Assembly (NCBI GenBank): GCA_013239625.1 | Contig: MU053881.1 | Span: 7,773,957 to 7,837,956, forward strand | Direction: 5' to 3' | Length of the DNA stretch: 64,000 nt | Source: Lama guanicoe | Lineage: Eukaryota | Part shown: in pieces, positions 1 to 12,075 of the stretch | Layout of the letters: each line of letters opens with the position of its first letter | Numbering within the stretch: the stretch's first letter is position 1 | Made by a program: the position numbers and the translations under genes | Notes under the pieces: model-generated | Told to the model about the DNA's origin: nothing | Databases searched by the model: none | The model's input: only the letters and a program-made list of their open reading frames with translations

Positions 1-1137
1 TTTAACGAGAGTGCTGAGAGAACTGCTTCTGTGTCGCGTGTGGCTGTGAGCTGGATTTTAAGTGTTTGATTAAGTTATTAGAGTGTTTTTGCTTTGGCAT
101 AATGTACTATAAATTGACGATCGCTGGCCAAAGCAGTCAGTCAGTGGAGAAGAATAAATTGTTTTGAGAGGTGCTTCAAAACCTGGATTTTCTTCTCTTG
201 GAAAGACAGGGTCTTAAATAAATCATGTAATACAAACGAGAATTTCCATAATTAAGGTTCTAACTAGGAAGATCCCTGGGAGCTGTCGAGTTGTAAAATG
301 AAGAATGATATTCCAGGATGCTTTCCTTTTCGTTTGAAACTTAATGTTTTGCGTGTGCTTGTTTTTAGTGGCCCAAAGACCAAACAGCACAAAACAGGCA
401 CATGTTAAATATATGTTGTTAAAGACTTTATCTCTGAGCTGTGAGTGCTGTAGGGAGATTGAGATGCTAAACAAATGTATTAAAAAAAAAAAAAACAAAA
501 AACGGTTTCAAGACACCCTTGCTTTACGGCGTTTCAAATGGCTAGATGTTCCCTATTGGCTGCACCATGTCATTACTTAGAGAATTTCTGTTTGGCAGGC
601 CTTACTCCCCGTCACCCAGTAATTCCACTCCCTGACAGCTTTTCTGTTTTCAGAGCATGTCCTCCTGCTTCTGTCATTTAGGAAACCTCTTAAATGGCAA
701 CCCCCCTCTCGTGGGGACTCTGCCTGGCTCTCGGCCTCAGACCCTCTCCCCAGATTCTTCCAGCTGTTTCCGCAAAGTCCCACGGCCTCCCGGCAGCACT
801 GCCAGGCTCTTCTCCCGGGAGCAGCTAAATAAATAAAATGTGATTAAATGTATGTGATTGGCTCTGGTACTGCTGTCTTTATTTGATATATGTACACACT
901 AGAGAACTTTCTACCGTACAGTGCACAAGTACACCATTTATAATTGATTAAGTAGGGCGACTGTGGTCATCTCTAGAAAAGCAGACCCTCAGATTCTCCA
1001 TCGGGAACCTGGGCACGTGCTACAAGGTTGTGTCCCTGGGATCAAATGAGATGAAGCTGGGACCCCAGCCCTTTGTAGGAGACTGTAGAGTGCTGCCCCC
1101 GTTGCACTGCTGAAACGCTGGTTTTCGTTGGCGATTA

Positions 1138-1375
1138 GTTGAGTGATTAGGAGCAGGGGCTGTGTCCTCAGGCTACCTCGCTGGGAATTTCAGGTTCTCC
1201 GCTGGCCAGCTGTGCAGCCTCAGGCAAGTGCCTTAATCTCTCTTCTGTAAAAGAGGGTAATAGAATTACCTACCCGAGCTATTGAGAGGATTAAATGAAA
1301 TAATGCATGTCTTGTGTCTAGCGAAGCATCTGACATAAACGATAGTTAAGTGCTTAATGGGTATGAACTGTTAAT
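1138..1375 (+). mobile_element. MIR SINE
   Basis: Core-like ggcaagtgccttaatctctcttctgtaaaa...gaggattaaatgaaataatgcatgt. Confidence 0.75.
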
Positions 1376-2004
1376 GACATCATCATCATGATGATCAGAT
1401 TTAAGTGACATAATTTAGTTATAAAACCTCTTTTAAGATGGGAAGCAAGTGTCAACGTGAGGATGGACTGTTCAGCTCTTCCTTCACCTGCGAGTGCTCA
1501 AGTGTGTGCATCCCGTGTGTGCTGATGCCCATCCAGGCACTGCCCCCAGATCACCTGTGCCCAACACTCCGTCTCCCCGGTGGCCTCCATGCCGCCCACT
1601 TACCTGTGGTCTTGTAGACCTGCTGTCGCCCAGGACCCACCCTTTCCCAAGCTGGCCCCTGCTTCCTACAGGGTGGAGGCTGGAGGGACAGGACTGAGGA
1701 TGCAGGGCCCAGGGACATAAGGAGTTCCTGTCAAAGTCCTGCCCCTCCTCCAGTCTTAGTATCCATCTCATCCAGGCGTCCCCCAGGCTCATAATGTTCA
1801 AATGGCCCTTCCAGCCTCCACTTTGTAAGATACGAGAGAGAATTTAGGCTTGTCTCTTAGCAAAAAAAAATGAAGATGAGTCTTACCGGAAGCTTTGAGT
1901 ATCATGAGAGCCCCCATCACCCCCTCTATGGACGGTGACAAGTGAGAAAAGGGACTGAGGATAATGACTAGCGTATTTGATTTTGGCCTTCACCTTGCCC
2001 TTAG

Positions 2005-2215
2005 AATAATGAATAGCACTAACATTTATTAAACACCTATTCAGGCAGACGGGGCGCTTGGTGCTTTATAGATACTAACTGCCTGAATCCTCTGAGCTAA
2101 TTTTCAGCATTTTACAGGTGAGGACACCGAATCTCAGAAAAGGTGAATCACTTGCTTTCCGTCCCACAGAGCAGGGACTGGTGCCTGAGCCGAAGCTTAA
2201 AACCAAAGCGAGTGC
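2005..2215 (-). mobile_element. MIR SINE
   Basis: aacatttattaaacaccta...cattttacaggtgaggacaccgaatctcagaaaaggtgaatcacttgc (antisense core). Confidence 0.75.
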
Positions 2216-2609
2216 TCCAGGTCTCCATGGGTTTTGGTTTTGTACTGGGGACAGAGTCAGGTTGCAAAAGGCCACTTCCTTTCCTATCCCATGAAGCGGG
2301 GAAAGGGCAGAAAGAAGAACAGAGGCTGAGGTGAAGTCCGTCCTGCCTCCCAAAGGCATATCTAGGTGGGAGATTGTGCTCCCCCCCCACCCTGTGCCCA
2401 GCCATTCAGCTTCACCCGTTACCCCCTTCCCCTTCCCCACAAGGCGCTCTCGGGTTTACCCAGCTCTGTACCTCTGGAGCTCCCACTGCCCAGCCGTGAG
2501 TGGTTAGCAGGTGGGGGTGGGGATTCCACATCCACGTCACTGAATCAGGGGTGGCAGGGACTGGAAGGGGGATGCAGAGCACTGAGGGATGTGGGTGGCG
2601 GCTGCCTCT

Positions 2610-3180
2610 GACTAGCCTCTCATCTCTCCCTGTGTCTCCACCCCCACTGCCGCTGAATTCACCCTTGCCATCAGCATCTCTTGCTTGAAGGACCACAGAC
2701 CTCCAGGCTTACCTGTTCCCACTCAGGCCCCAGGGACAGTGTCCACACTAGAGCAAGCCAGAGTGCGCTTCTCAAATACAGACTGTGTTTAAAATCCTTC
2801 CTTGGCGTCCTTTGGCTCTTAGAATCGACTTTGGTTCCTCGTCCTGGCCCTCAGGGCCCGTGGGGTCTGGCCCCTACTCCCACCCTCCCTTGCAGCTCCT
2901 CCTCTCCCCTCCTAACCACGTTCATCCCAGCAACAAGGTCACTTTCTCAGGGAAGCCTTCTGTGCCCCTCCAGGCTAGTCAGTCCCTCTCCCACATCTTC
3001 TTACAGGACTCGGACCCTTTGCTCATGTCAGTCCACGTTTATACGTTCGTTAGTGATGCTGGGTGGATGTCTGTCTCCCTCATTGGGCTGTACACCCCCT
3101 GAAATGGAAGCATGTGTTCGTGCTCGGCACAGCATCACTGGCACCTGACGTCGAGCCTGGGCAGAACCCGCGCTCGTTAA
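2610..3180 (+). mobile_element. L2 LINE 3' fragment
   Basis: Pyrimidine-rich L2 3' motifs (aggtcactttctcagggaagccttc; tgtctgtctccc...tgtgttcgtgctc). Confidence 0.6.
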
Positions 3181-3699
3181 CTCTGGTTCTGGGAGCGAGC
3201 AGTGTCACTGGTGATTCCTGTGCTTGGGAAACCCAGGTAGGGTGCTCACAGACTGAGGGTCCTTTGGCCACCCCAGCCGTTTCCCTTCCACCTCCAGCTA
3301 GATAGGCTCAGCTGGGCTCTTGTCTCCCACCCGCAATGGGAATGATGAGCATCTAGAATTTCCTTTAGAGTATTTGATTATGGTCGTTCCCTTGCAAGGT
3401 CATACGCTTATCCCACTGAGGAGCCCATTTGTGAAACCCGTCTCCTTAGAACTGTCTTCACTTCTCCCCCGGCAGTGATAGAAGACCAGGCACATAGTAG
3501 GTATGCTGGAAATGTTTGTTGAATGCTCTGCAGCATATCACTTTGAATATCCATCTTTCCTAGCAGCAATTTTTAAAATTGAGATTCAGTTTACATAAAA
3601 TGAAATATACATTTTGAACGTTCCATTGCATTGCATTTAAAAAATGGAGCCAGGTATTTTGGTCAGCTGGGCAATTTTCTATCATAGTAATGTTTTATA

Positions 3700-3905
3700 T
3701 ACTAACTTCTGTGGCGATCTTTTATGCGTGCTGCATGCATATGTTTCCTTGTTTCATCTCTACTGTAACCCTGTAGAGTAATTGTTATCCCATTTTACCA
3801 GCAAGGAAACTGGGATCCAGGGAGGTTAAGTGATTTGACCAAAGTCTCAATGCTCTGAGAAGTGGAGGCAGGATTTGAGAGTAGCTCTCATTGTCTCCAA
3901 AGCAG
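3700..3905 (-). mobile_element. MIR SINE
   Basis: tatcccattttaccagcaaggaaactgggatccagggaggttaagtgatttgaccaaagtc. Confidence 0.8.
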
Positions 3906-6900
3906 ATACCTTGCTGTTGTGGGCTCTTGGGCATCTTAAATCCTAAGTGGTAAAGACAAGATGCAGTTACAGAGTCAAAAGCCTGCTTGTTCTGTGCATC
4001 TTGTAAACAGACCCTGAAGGGAGCACCAAAGATGGAGCAGCCATCTCTCAGCTCCTCCCGTTCTCTGCAGCCTCCTCCCTCACCTCCTAGGTACCCCTGC
4101 AGATGGCCTGGGAGACACACACGCAGGCATTGCTACAGAAACGGATCTCTGAGTCAGCCCTAAGAAAATAGAAACCTCTTTGCTGGTTTTATTTTTCTTG
4201 GTTGATTTATTTGACAAGGACCCGTTTTGCACATCATTTTGGAATTTCAGGATCTTTTTTTATCTCCGCAGTTCTCTCTTAAAAAGCCGAAGAAGAAATA
4301 AAAGAGAGGCTATGTATGCTACCCCCTGTGCGATGCTTTCTAAACCCTGAGCTCTGCCTTTTTACTTTATTTTCTGACCCTGAGATCACACGGGTTGCAG
4401 AATAGGGGCTGAGCAGAGCTAAATCCCATCAGGTAGGAGTCCGATTTGCACTAATCCCTAAAGGCACATCTCTATCAGTGTTGTTTGACTTGGCAGGACA
4501 CCTACGTGGCTAAACCCCACGGAGGAAGAGCACATGAATTATTCACTCTCCACCGGGGCTTCTCTGCTGAGATTAGGTGTTACAACCAGCCAGCGAAAGG
4601 AGAGGTTCCCAGCTCTGGCTGGCTGCAGATTCAATTAGTGCTGGGTTCTTTACCTGGAGGTCCAAGCGGCCCCACTCCGAGGCCTTCAGCAGAGATTCCA
4701 GAGGGGTGCTCCTGGGGTCACTGCTTTGGCAGCAAGTCCATTTACAGACACATCCCTCATCCTGGCACATGGCACGTTAGGTGCAATCAAAGCAGGCAGC
4801 AGGCTTTCCTGGGAGCTTGTTCCACTTTAACACGTGTTTCAGCTGTGGGAAAAGCACGGGGGTGGGGGGACCTCAAGCTGAATTTACAGTTGCCTTTAAT
4901 AACCCAAGCAACTAAATTTACTGGGTCACCGTGCCCCTTCGAACTGTGGTGTGGAATTTTCCATGTACAGTCCTGTTTCTCCGGGGAGAAGCAGGCTTTC
5001 CCATTCAGGTCTGTTGGTGTCTTTGTTGAGTGAATGCCCGTGCCTTGGCCGTTCTGTTGAGAACCAGCTTCGATCCAGGGTTGGTTGGGGGATTTGTGGC
5101 CCCTGATGCTTACATTTGATGACACTGGTGAAGTGTGGACATCCACCTGGGCAGATTGCCATGTGTGTACCAGCTCTATAGGAGAAGCCTGGATCTGCGA
5201 CATTCTTCCTCCTAAAGGCACTCAGGGCAAAGTTCTGCATCTTTTTTTTTTTTTTTTTTTTTATGCTCCACTTTCCTGAGTGCTTTCTGGTTTTGCTAAG
5301 AGTAAGTCATGGCATAACTTGGTCATTTCCCTTAGACCCTTCTAATAGAACCAAGAAGTTCAGGGCTGAGATGTTTTTTCAGTAGGTCCCATGTCTCAAG
5401 GCCTAGAAATCAGGGAAATAATTTGCTTAGATGCTGGAACATCTTTATTTTTCATCGCAAGCCTGACGAGTTTGGTTAAACGGCACCTGAGATCAATTCA
5501 AATCAGCAAATTGATATCGATAACTCTACGGTGTTGCAGGAGCCCGTGCTGGCAATGGTGAGAAACGGAGCTCAAGGCACAGTGGAGTCTTTTGACTTCT
5601 GAGTGATTAGTGTCCTTCCTTCTGTGCCAAGGTGCGACAGACAGAGCATTTCCATTTTCATGGATTTGTTATGTGTGTGTGATGTGTTTTAGATAAATAG
5701 CTCTTCAAAGGCATGGCCTTAGGGGCATTTTTGCTTAGAATGAGGATAAAACAGGCAGTCAAGTAAAATTGAGAAGGTGACTTAACTTACAGAAAGATAT
5801 TAATTATACTACAGATGATACAAAATGATAACAAAGTGGTACGTGAGTGATTAGAATCTCAAAAGCCAACATCCTCGATGTACTTAAACGCCCATCCCCA
5901 AGGAAGCAAGTCAGTTTATTATTCAGGGAAGTAAGCCAAGGGCCTTTGAGTGTTTGACAATCCCTGGTCATTAGCTTGCATGGCCCAGTGTTCAGCGGAG
6001 CCATGATGGACTTTTAATGAAACGTCCTTGTATACTGCCCGCTGTCCCCACAACAGTGACATTGAGACGGAGACCACTCCCTGCAACCTTGACGATCCAG
6101 ACGAGGAGGAGTTTCCGCGGGAAGCAAGAAGCTTGTCACTAAGCTTGCTCTGCAGTGGCCCAGCGGGGCGCCGGGGACGTGGCAAAAGGCAGGCACAGCA
6201 CCATGAGCTGATTGATGGCTAGACGTCAGAGGAGGGGCAGAGGGAAAAAGGTGTCTTGAAGCGTGGGGGCAACCCCGCCCATGTGCCCCTCTGAGGAGCC
6301 TTAAACCCATTCAGATGTGTAAGACTGTTGAGTGCAGTGAATAGACTAACACCGTCATGGCATCTCTGCGGTGACTAATTTGTGGCTCCCTGATTTTGTT
6401 CTGTGCTAAGTGGTCTTTATGTTGCAATTCTGGCAGTGCTGAACAGCGACACACCATGTCCACGATTCCACCCGATTATTGGCGTGCACGTAATGACAGC
6501 CTGTTGAATGGGGGGAAGCAGCGCATGAACAAAGCAGCCGAGCCCGCGGGGAGGCACAGATGTTCTGAGCTGTGTGTGCTCTCAGTCAGATTTTCTCCAG
6601 TCGGGGAGAGCCAGGATTGTGAACACCGATACTACGTAGGTTCACATTTACTCTTGCAGTTCCAAAGAGCTCACGTTCGATTTCACGAGGAAGTCTGGAA
6701 CTAGCCCCAAAGCATCTCTGTCTGAAAAAGAAAGTGAGTTCTTGAGTCCTGACCTCTTGCAGTGCCTGGGGTGGGGCCCCTCTGGGTTTGGGATCTCAGG
6801 AGTCCGCATAAGACGTCCCACTCTAAGGAAGAGCCTGAGGGCACATCATGGGCAAAGTCCTTTGTCCCAAGAAACCAGATCAGTTGATTAATACAAAGAG

Positions 6901-7509
6901 CGAGAGCAGGCAGTGGAGGGCTGGTGTAGGGTCAGACACCAGAAAGGGCTGTTACAGAAGGAAGCCGTTGTGGGTGGCGGGACTGAGGTGGGTGCGGGGG
7001 TCTTGTCCTGAAGGGACTGTTCCTCAGTGCTGACACTGTGCTTTGTTCTCTGTGCTTTGTGGGGAGGGGTTAGTTTGAAGAACCAGTTTAGAGAATGGGC
7101 ACATGACATGACCGTATTTCTCTAACCAAGCACACATGCTTTATTGTTATTGTCGACTTTTGTCGAAATGGAAAGTGGCAGGTACTACATATTTGTGATA
7201 CAGAATTATTAAGGATTAGGAGTCAATAAAATGTAAGTGTCACTGCTTTGCCTGATTCCTGGTTGCCGTTCCCAAATGTAGCCATCTTAGATGCTCCAGA
7301 AATTATTCTTCTACAAACTTATGAAAGTGTGTGTGTGTGAGAGAGTGAGTGAGATCTCATACACCGATCAGAACTTTATCCATGGATGGAGAAGATAATC
7401 ATTTATTTGGTGTGGTTGAAGGAAGCCAGAAGGTTCCATAGCCAAAAAAAAAAAAAAAAAGTCCCCAAGACCTGCCATGGAGCCACGATCTTTTTTTTAA
7501 CCATTTGAA

Positions 7510-7672
7510 AATTATTTTTTAGATTAAAAAATTATTAGAACTTTTTAGAGCAGTTTTAGGTTCACAGCAAAGTTGAGAGGAACGTACAGAAATTTCCCAT
7601 ATACTCTCTGCCCTCATATGTATCTAGCCTCCCCAGTTATCAGCATCCCTATAGAGCAGCATGCGGTTGCCA
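7510..7672 (-). mobile_element. Old L1 (L1M-type) extreme 3' end, antisense
   Basis: ttttagagcagttttaggttcacagcaaagttgagagg...tacagaaatttcccatatac resembles the reverse complement of L1M 3' ends; it breaks off abruptly near 7672. Confidence 0.8.
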
Positions 7673-8330
7673 AGGACAGGGCCAGGGCCGAATGAGAAAG
7701 CCATATCAGCAAGACCACAGGGCTAGAGTGATGTCAAGCCCGTGGAGGGGAGCCAGAAGACCACCAAAGCCCTAGGGGCGGGGACAGGAACCCTGGGGGC
7801 GGGGACAAGGGCCCTGGGGGCAGGGACAGGGGTCCTGGCTCATTCTGATTGGCTACCTGGTGTGTGAGCCAGCAAGCTGTGATTGAAGAGGTAGGCAGCA
7901 GCAGAGATCACAGCCAACACGTTTGCCTCTGCATCTGTCTCAGTGCGCACGGAGACAGCGAGCCTCTGCAGCTGGAGACTTCTTGACAGCTTGAGGTCTC
8001 AAAAGGCTTCTGAGAGCAACAGAGGAAGAGCCGCTCAATGATCGCTCACCCGTGATCGTGTGTCTTTGTTGACAAATGCCTGTCTTTGTGCGTATGGTGA
8101 TAAACTGCTTCTGCGATTCCATGTCTGAATCTCTGTGTTGCAGTTTCTCGGGATAGGCGTAGGCGTCCCAGAAAGTGTCACCACTTTGCTTGTGGTGGAG
8201 GCTGAGTACGATGCGAAGCCCTCCACGTGGCCACGGGGTCTGGAATCCATCCCTCTCAAGGTGGGGCGAGCCCCTTGCTGCATGCCTCGCTCCGCCCACC
8301 CTTGCCTCCTCCGGGCAGTACCCATAGTAT
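7673..8330 (+). other. Unassigned GC-rich LTR/promoter-like segment
   Basis: GC-box tandem repeat, inverted CCAAT, palindrome and gataaactgct (possible degenerate poly(A) signal), lying between an L1 end and a MIR. Family not recognised. Confidence 0.35.
7770..7832 (+). repeat. 3 x 21-bp tandem repeat with GC boxes
   Basis: ccctaggggcggggacaggaa / ccctgggggcggggacaaggg / ccctgggggcagggacagggg. Confidence 0.9.
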
Positions 8331-8339
8331 AGACAGTAA

Positions 8340-8530
8340 ACCCTGACTTACTAATGGTGTGATAAGTTGCATGACGAGTAACTGAAGTTCTCCGAACCTC
8401 AGTTTTATCATCTGTAAAATGAGATTAATAATGGTCTGTACCTTTATAAGGTTTCTGGAGGATTTAATTAGTTAAGACCTGTAAAGCTTTTAGAACACCG
8501 CTGGTAAACATCCAGGAAAGGTTAGGTAGT
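8340..8530 (+). mobile_element. MIR SINE
   Basis: aacctcagttttatcatctgtaaaatgagattaataat. Confidence 0.8.
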
Positions 8531-9014
8531 GCTGCTGTGTTCTTCTGGAACCGTATTCTGCCTCTGGGCTGGAGGTGGGTCAGTCCAATCTTGTGGTCTT
8601 TCTGTTCTTCCTGGCCATAAACCTCTGCTGGGCAGGGCCTGAGGTTAACCCGATTCCTGTCTGCCTCTGTCGTTGGGGAATGTGTCCTCCACTGGCCCGA
8701 GTGTGTTTGCTGATTTAATCAGGAGAGTGATTCAGGGCCCATTCCAATGTTGATGTTGGCTCTGGGCCTAATCTTGTCTGTCTTGAACTGTAAGTCCAGG
8801 AAGATGGGCCTGATCTGGTTCAAGTACTCCGCAGGGTGGAGCCTCCCCAGCATTTGGAGTGATAAATAAATGCATCTGGGGAGGGTGGCTGGGTTGGTGG
8901 TAAGTTCATCTCAGTTTTAGCAGTTCGTCCCTTGGAGAGCATCTTGTTACCTGAAGAGGGACCATTTGGACCATCATTCTGCCAGGAGACAGGAGTGTCT
9001 TGGGCACTGAGTTT

Positions 9015-9260
9015 TTAATAACCACTGCTGGCATTAATTGGGCACTTAACCAGTTGTAAGCTCTGTGTTAACCGCTTCCATATGCATAATCTTGGGTGAG
9101 CCTCAGAACTGCTCGATGAGTCAGCGGGGTTGTTTTCCCCTTTGCCTAGACGAGGACATGGAGGCTTGGGCATGTTAAATTGCTTGCCTTAAGGTCACAG
9201 ATCCAGTAAATGCAGAACCGGGACCTGGGCAGTCTGCCTGCAGAGCTGTAAACCCTCAGA
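9015..9260 (-). mobile_element. MIR SINE
   Basis: agacgaggacatggaggctt...gttaaattgcttgccttaaggtcacag. Confidence 0.7.
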
Positions 9261-9284
9261 CCTTACTGTTCTCACCCGTCACCT

Positions 9285-9412
9285 GGAGGCCTGGCTACCA
9301 GGCAGAGGCAGATTCAGCAGATCTAGGGCCTGGCCTGAGATGCTGCATTTTTCACAAGCTCCCAAGTGATGCTGATGCTGCTGGTCCCTGGACCAGGCTT
9401 TGAGTGACGAGG
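9285..9412. mobile_element. MER5-type hAT-Charlie MITE
   Basis: gattcagcagatctagggcctggcctgagatgctgcatttttcacaagctcccaagtgatgctgatgctgctggtcc. Confidence 0.8.
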
Positions 9413-10264
9413 CACCAAGCCAGGAAGCCACATAGCCTCAGCTTGGTGTGTTACCTGTTTGTTTTGCTGGGCATAAGGCCTGACCTCATGCAAAGCTGAC
9501 TGGCAGCCATCGGCTCACCGCTCACAGCAAAGGTGATGTCATGTGGGACTTTCAGCAAGTGAGACGCTAAACCCTGTGAGGCTTTGGGGGACATACTTGA
9601 TGAGACAGTTGCCCTGCTCTTAAAAGTTAGGCAGGGTAGCCCCTCTCCCTGCTGACTTAAATCCATCCTACTTGACAGAGAGAGGGTCCCTCCACCCCGG
9701 ATGTGTCTGTTTTCCTAGTCTATGCTGCGTTCCTGGCGAAGTCATCTGACTCTTATTTTGAACCCAAATCTCTTTCTCTTCTCATGCTCTGCCTCTCTGA
9801 TCATGGTCTCCTTTAGCCTTTCCATTCTCCCCAGGATAAATCCTTTCAGGAGTTTTTGATTCCTTCCTTAGCTCCAGCCTTCCTTTGGTTGTCAAGTACC
9901 AAACTGATTCAGCCTGTGTCACATCGCTGACATCTGTGTCCTCCAAAACCTAGAGAAAGGGACAAGACCCTGGTCACCTCTTAATAACAGAAGCCATTAT
10001 CTATTTGATAGCTGATATGTGAATTATCTACTTCCTTAAGCTCTTACCAGTCTCCATTGAAGGTGCTATTATCATTGCCATTAGTCTGATGATATGTACA
10101 AGATCAAGAGATTCGCTCCAGGTTACCTGGAGAGTAAGTTTCAGCTCCAGGACTGAACCCAGAGAGTCAAACTTGACCCTCTCATTCCTTGCCCCTCTGC
10201 ACTACGCAGTGATCTCCTTTCTCTCCATCCCCACTGCAGCTTGAGGCATCACCGCCAAACACAT

Positions 10265-10390
10265 TTGATCATGTATTCATTCAGCAACCACCTATTAGGC
10301 CTCTGGTATGTTCCAGTGCTATGCTGGGTGCTGGTAATACAGTGGAGAGTGAGACAGGCATGTTCCCTGCTTGTACGGAGCTGCATTTCA
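10265..10390 (-). mobile_element. L2 3' tail
   Basis: tcattcagcaaccacctattaggc...tgctatgctgggtgctggtaatacagtg. Confidence 0.7.
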
Positions 10391-10399
10391 GTAATCACA

Positions 10400-10600
10400 C
10401 TATTGCTACTTGTTGGCCACGTGACTTTTAACAGGTTATTTAATGCATGGACATCCATATGGCCCATATGAAGCTCAGTTTTCTCATCTATAAATGGGGA
10501 TCATTATTGTACCTACCCAACAAGGATGCTGCAGAGATCAAGTGTGGTCATGTATGGAGCACTTAGCACTGGCATATAGTAGGTGGACAATAATCTTACC
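10400..10600 (+). mobile_element. MIR SINE
   Basis: ctcagttttctcatctataaatgggga...cacttagcactggcatatagtagg. Confidence 0.75.
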
Positions 10601-10967
10601 TGAAATTGCATGTGAATTAAATCCAGTTTCCTCAGTTTGCCGTTCCAGGACCTTTGCTCCAAACACACATGAATCATTGCCCTTCCCCAGGCACGACACA
10701 TTCCTTCTGATTCCATGACCCTATTCAAGTGCTGTTTTCTTTCACTGTTTATAACAACCCCACCTCTTCTCCACTGTCAGACTCCTCCTCACTCTTCAAA
10801 GCCCAACACACATCTTTCCTCTTCCACTAAGTCTTCACCAATCTCACCTGTAAAACAGCTTTCTGTTCCGTAATACCCTTGTCTTCTGGGCTCCCGTGTA
10901 GCACTGGATCACGCTGCCTTGTGCTCTAGTTTACGAGTTTGTCTCTTTTGCCCCATCGTAAGGTTCT

Positions 10968-11590
10968 TCAGTCATTCAGCAAACACTTCATGAGCACTCC
11001 CTATGTGGGAAGCACAGTGCCACCTACGTGGTATGTAATGGAGGTAATAACTGTCCTGGGGCCTGTCTTCACAGAGTGTCCAGGCTGGCACAGCACTGGC
11101 CAGGGGAGCATCCTGCAGTCATGGAGGTGTTCCATCTCAGCACCGCCCCATGTGATAGCCATTCGCCACAGGTGGCTATGGAGCATTTAAAATGCCACTA
11201 ATGCAGCCGAGGGACTGAAGTTTTAGTATTGTTTAATTTTAATTTGCCTAGCCACATGTGGCTATTGGACACTGTATTGGACAGTGCAGGCAGCAGAAGA
11301 GAGCTGTTAATCAAAATCACTGAAAAAAAATCAATGGAAAATTGCAGTTGTAGTAAGTACGAGGCATGTAGGAGTACATGTTTGTATAAGGGCAGAGTAG
11401 GGGGAATCTGACCTAGCTTGGTGGGGGTGATTGTCAGGGAAGGCTTTCCGGACATAGTGATGATGGAGCAAAGATTTGAAGCTACTCAGCAGAATATGGG
11501 AGGCATGGAGGGCAAGCATGCAGATCAGCAAGCTGCATGTGCAAATGGTCTGTGGTAGTAAAGAGCCTGAGAAGGTCTCTGAGAGCCCAA
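10968..11590 (-). mobile_element. L2 3' fragment interrupted by MER3
   Basis: tcattcagcaaacacttcatgagcact tail; resumes after 11290 with gtcagggaaggctttcc...gcatgtgcaaa. Confidence 0.65.
11091..11289. mobile_element. MER3 hAT-Charlie MITE
   Basis: Termini cagcactggcca / ttggacagtgcag; internal tagccacatgtggcta palindrome plus a degenerate second copy. Confidence 0.85.
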
Positions 11591-11974
11591 GAGCAAGCAC
11601 CATCCTTCCCTCTTCTTTGAAATCTCCAAGGCACTGAGCACTATGTTATGCACATGGTAGGCACTGAATTAAATTTCAAGTTTGGATGTGTGACGCCAAG
11701 GCCTCACTTCCTACGCAGCCTTACCTGTTTCCTCCTCAGAAATACCCCAGCTGGGGAGCCAGGAAACAGGAGCTCCAGCTCCAGCTCCAGCTCTGCTCTG
11801 GAGGCTCAAGTCAGTAAGAACTCTTGTCTTTTTGTCTCAAGGAACCTTCTTTACCATATACATGGCTGGCAACCTCCCACCTCTCAGGATTGTGGGAACT
11901 GTTCTCATCGTTTGGACAATATGTGGTCACAGGTAGGGGTGGAATCACAATAGAACCTGTGAATTGTATCATTG

Positions 11975-12075
11975 GTTCATTCATTCAACAAACACTTGCG
12001 AGGACCCGCTACAAGCAGGTACTCTGCTAGGTGTCGAGGATGCCCCTGACCTCACAGAGCTTGTACTGTGGTGGG
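11975..12075 (-). mobile_element. L2 3' tail
   Basis: ttcattcattcaacaaacacttg...ctctgctaggtg...ccctgacctcacagagctt. Confidence 0.75.

Noticed and set aside
2095..2125. ttttacAG|GTGAG recursive-site-like motif (also near 53625)
   Set aside because: It is a one-base variant of the antisense MIR core (ttttacagatgagg) and is expected by chance.
7770..7832. 21-bp repeats as a CRISPR-like array
   Set aside because: The units are directly adjacent with no spacers, there are no cas genes, and the context is mammalian.
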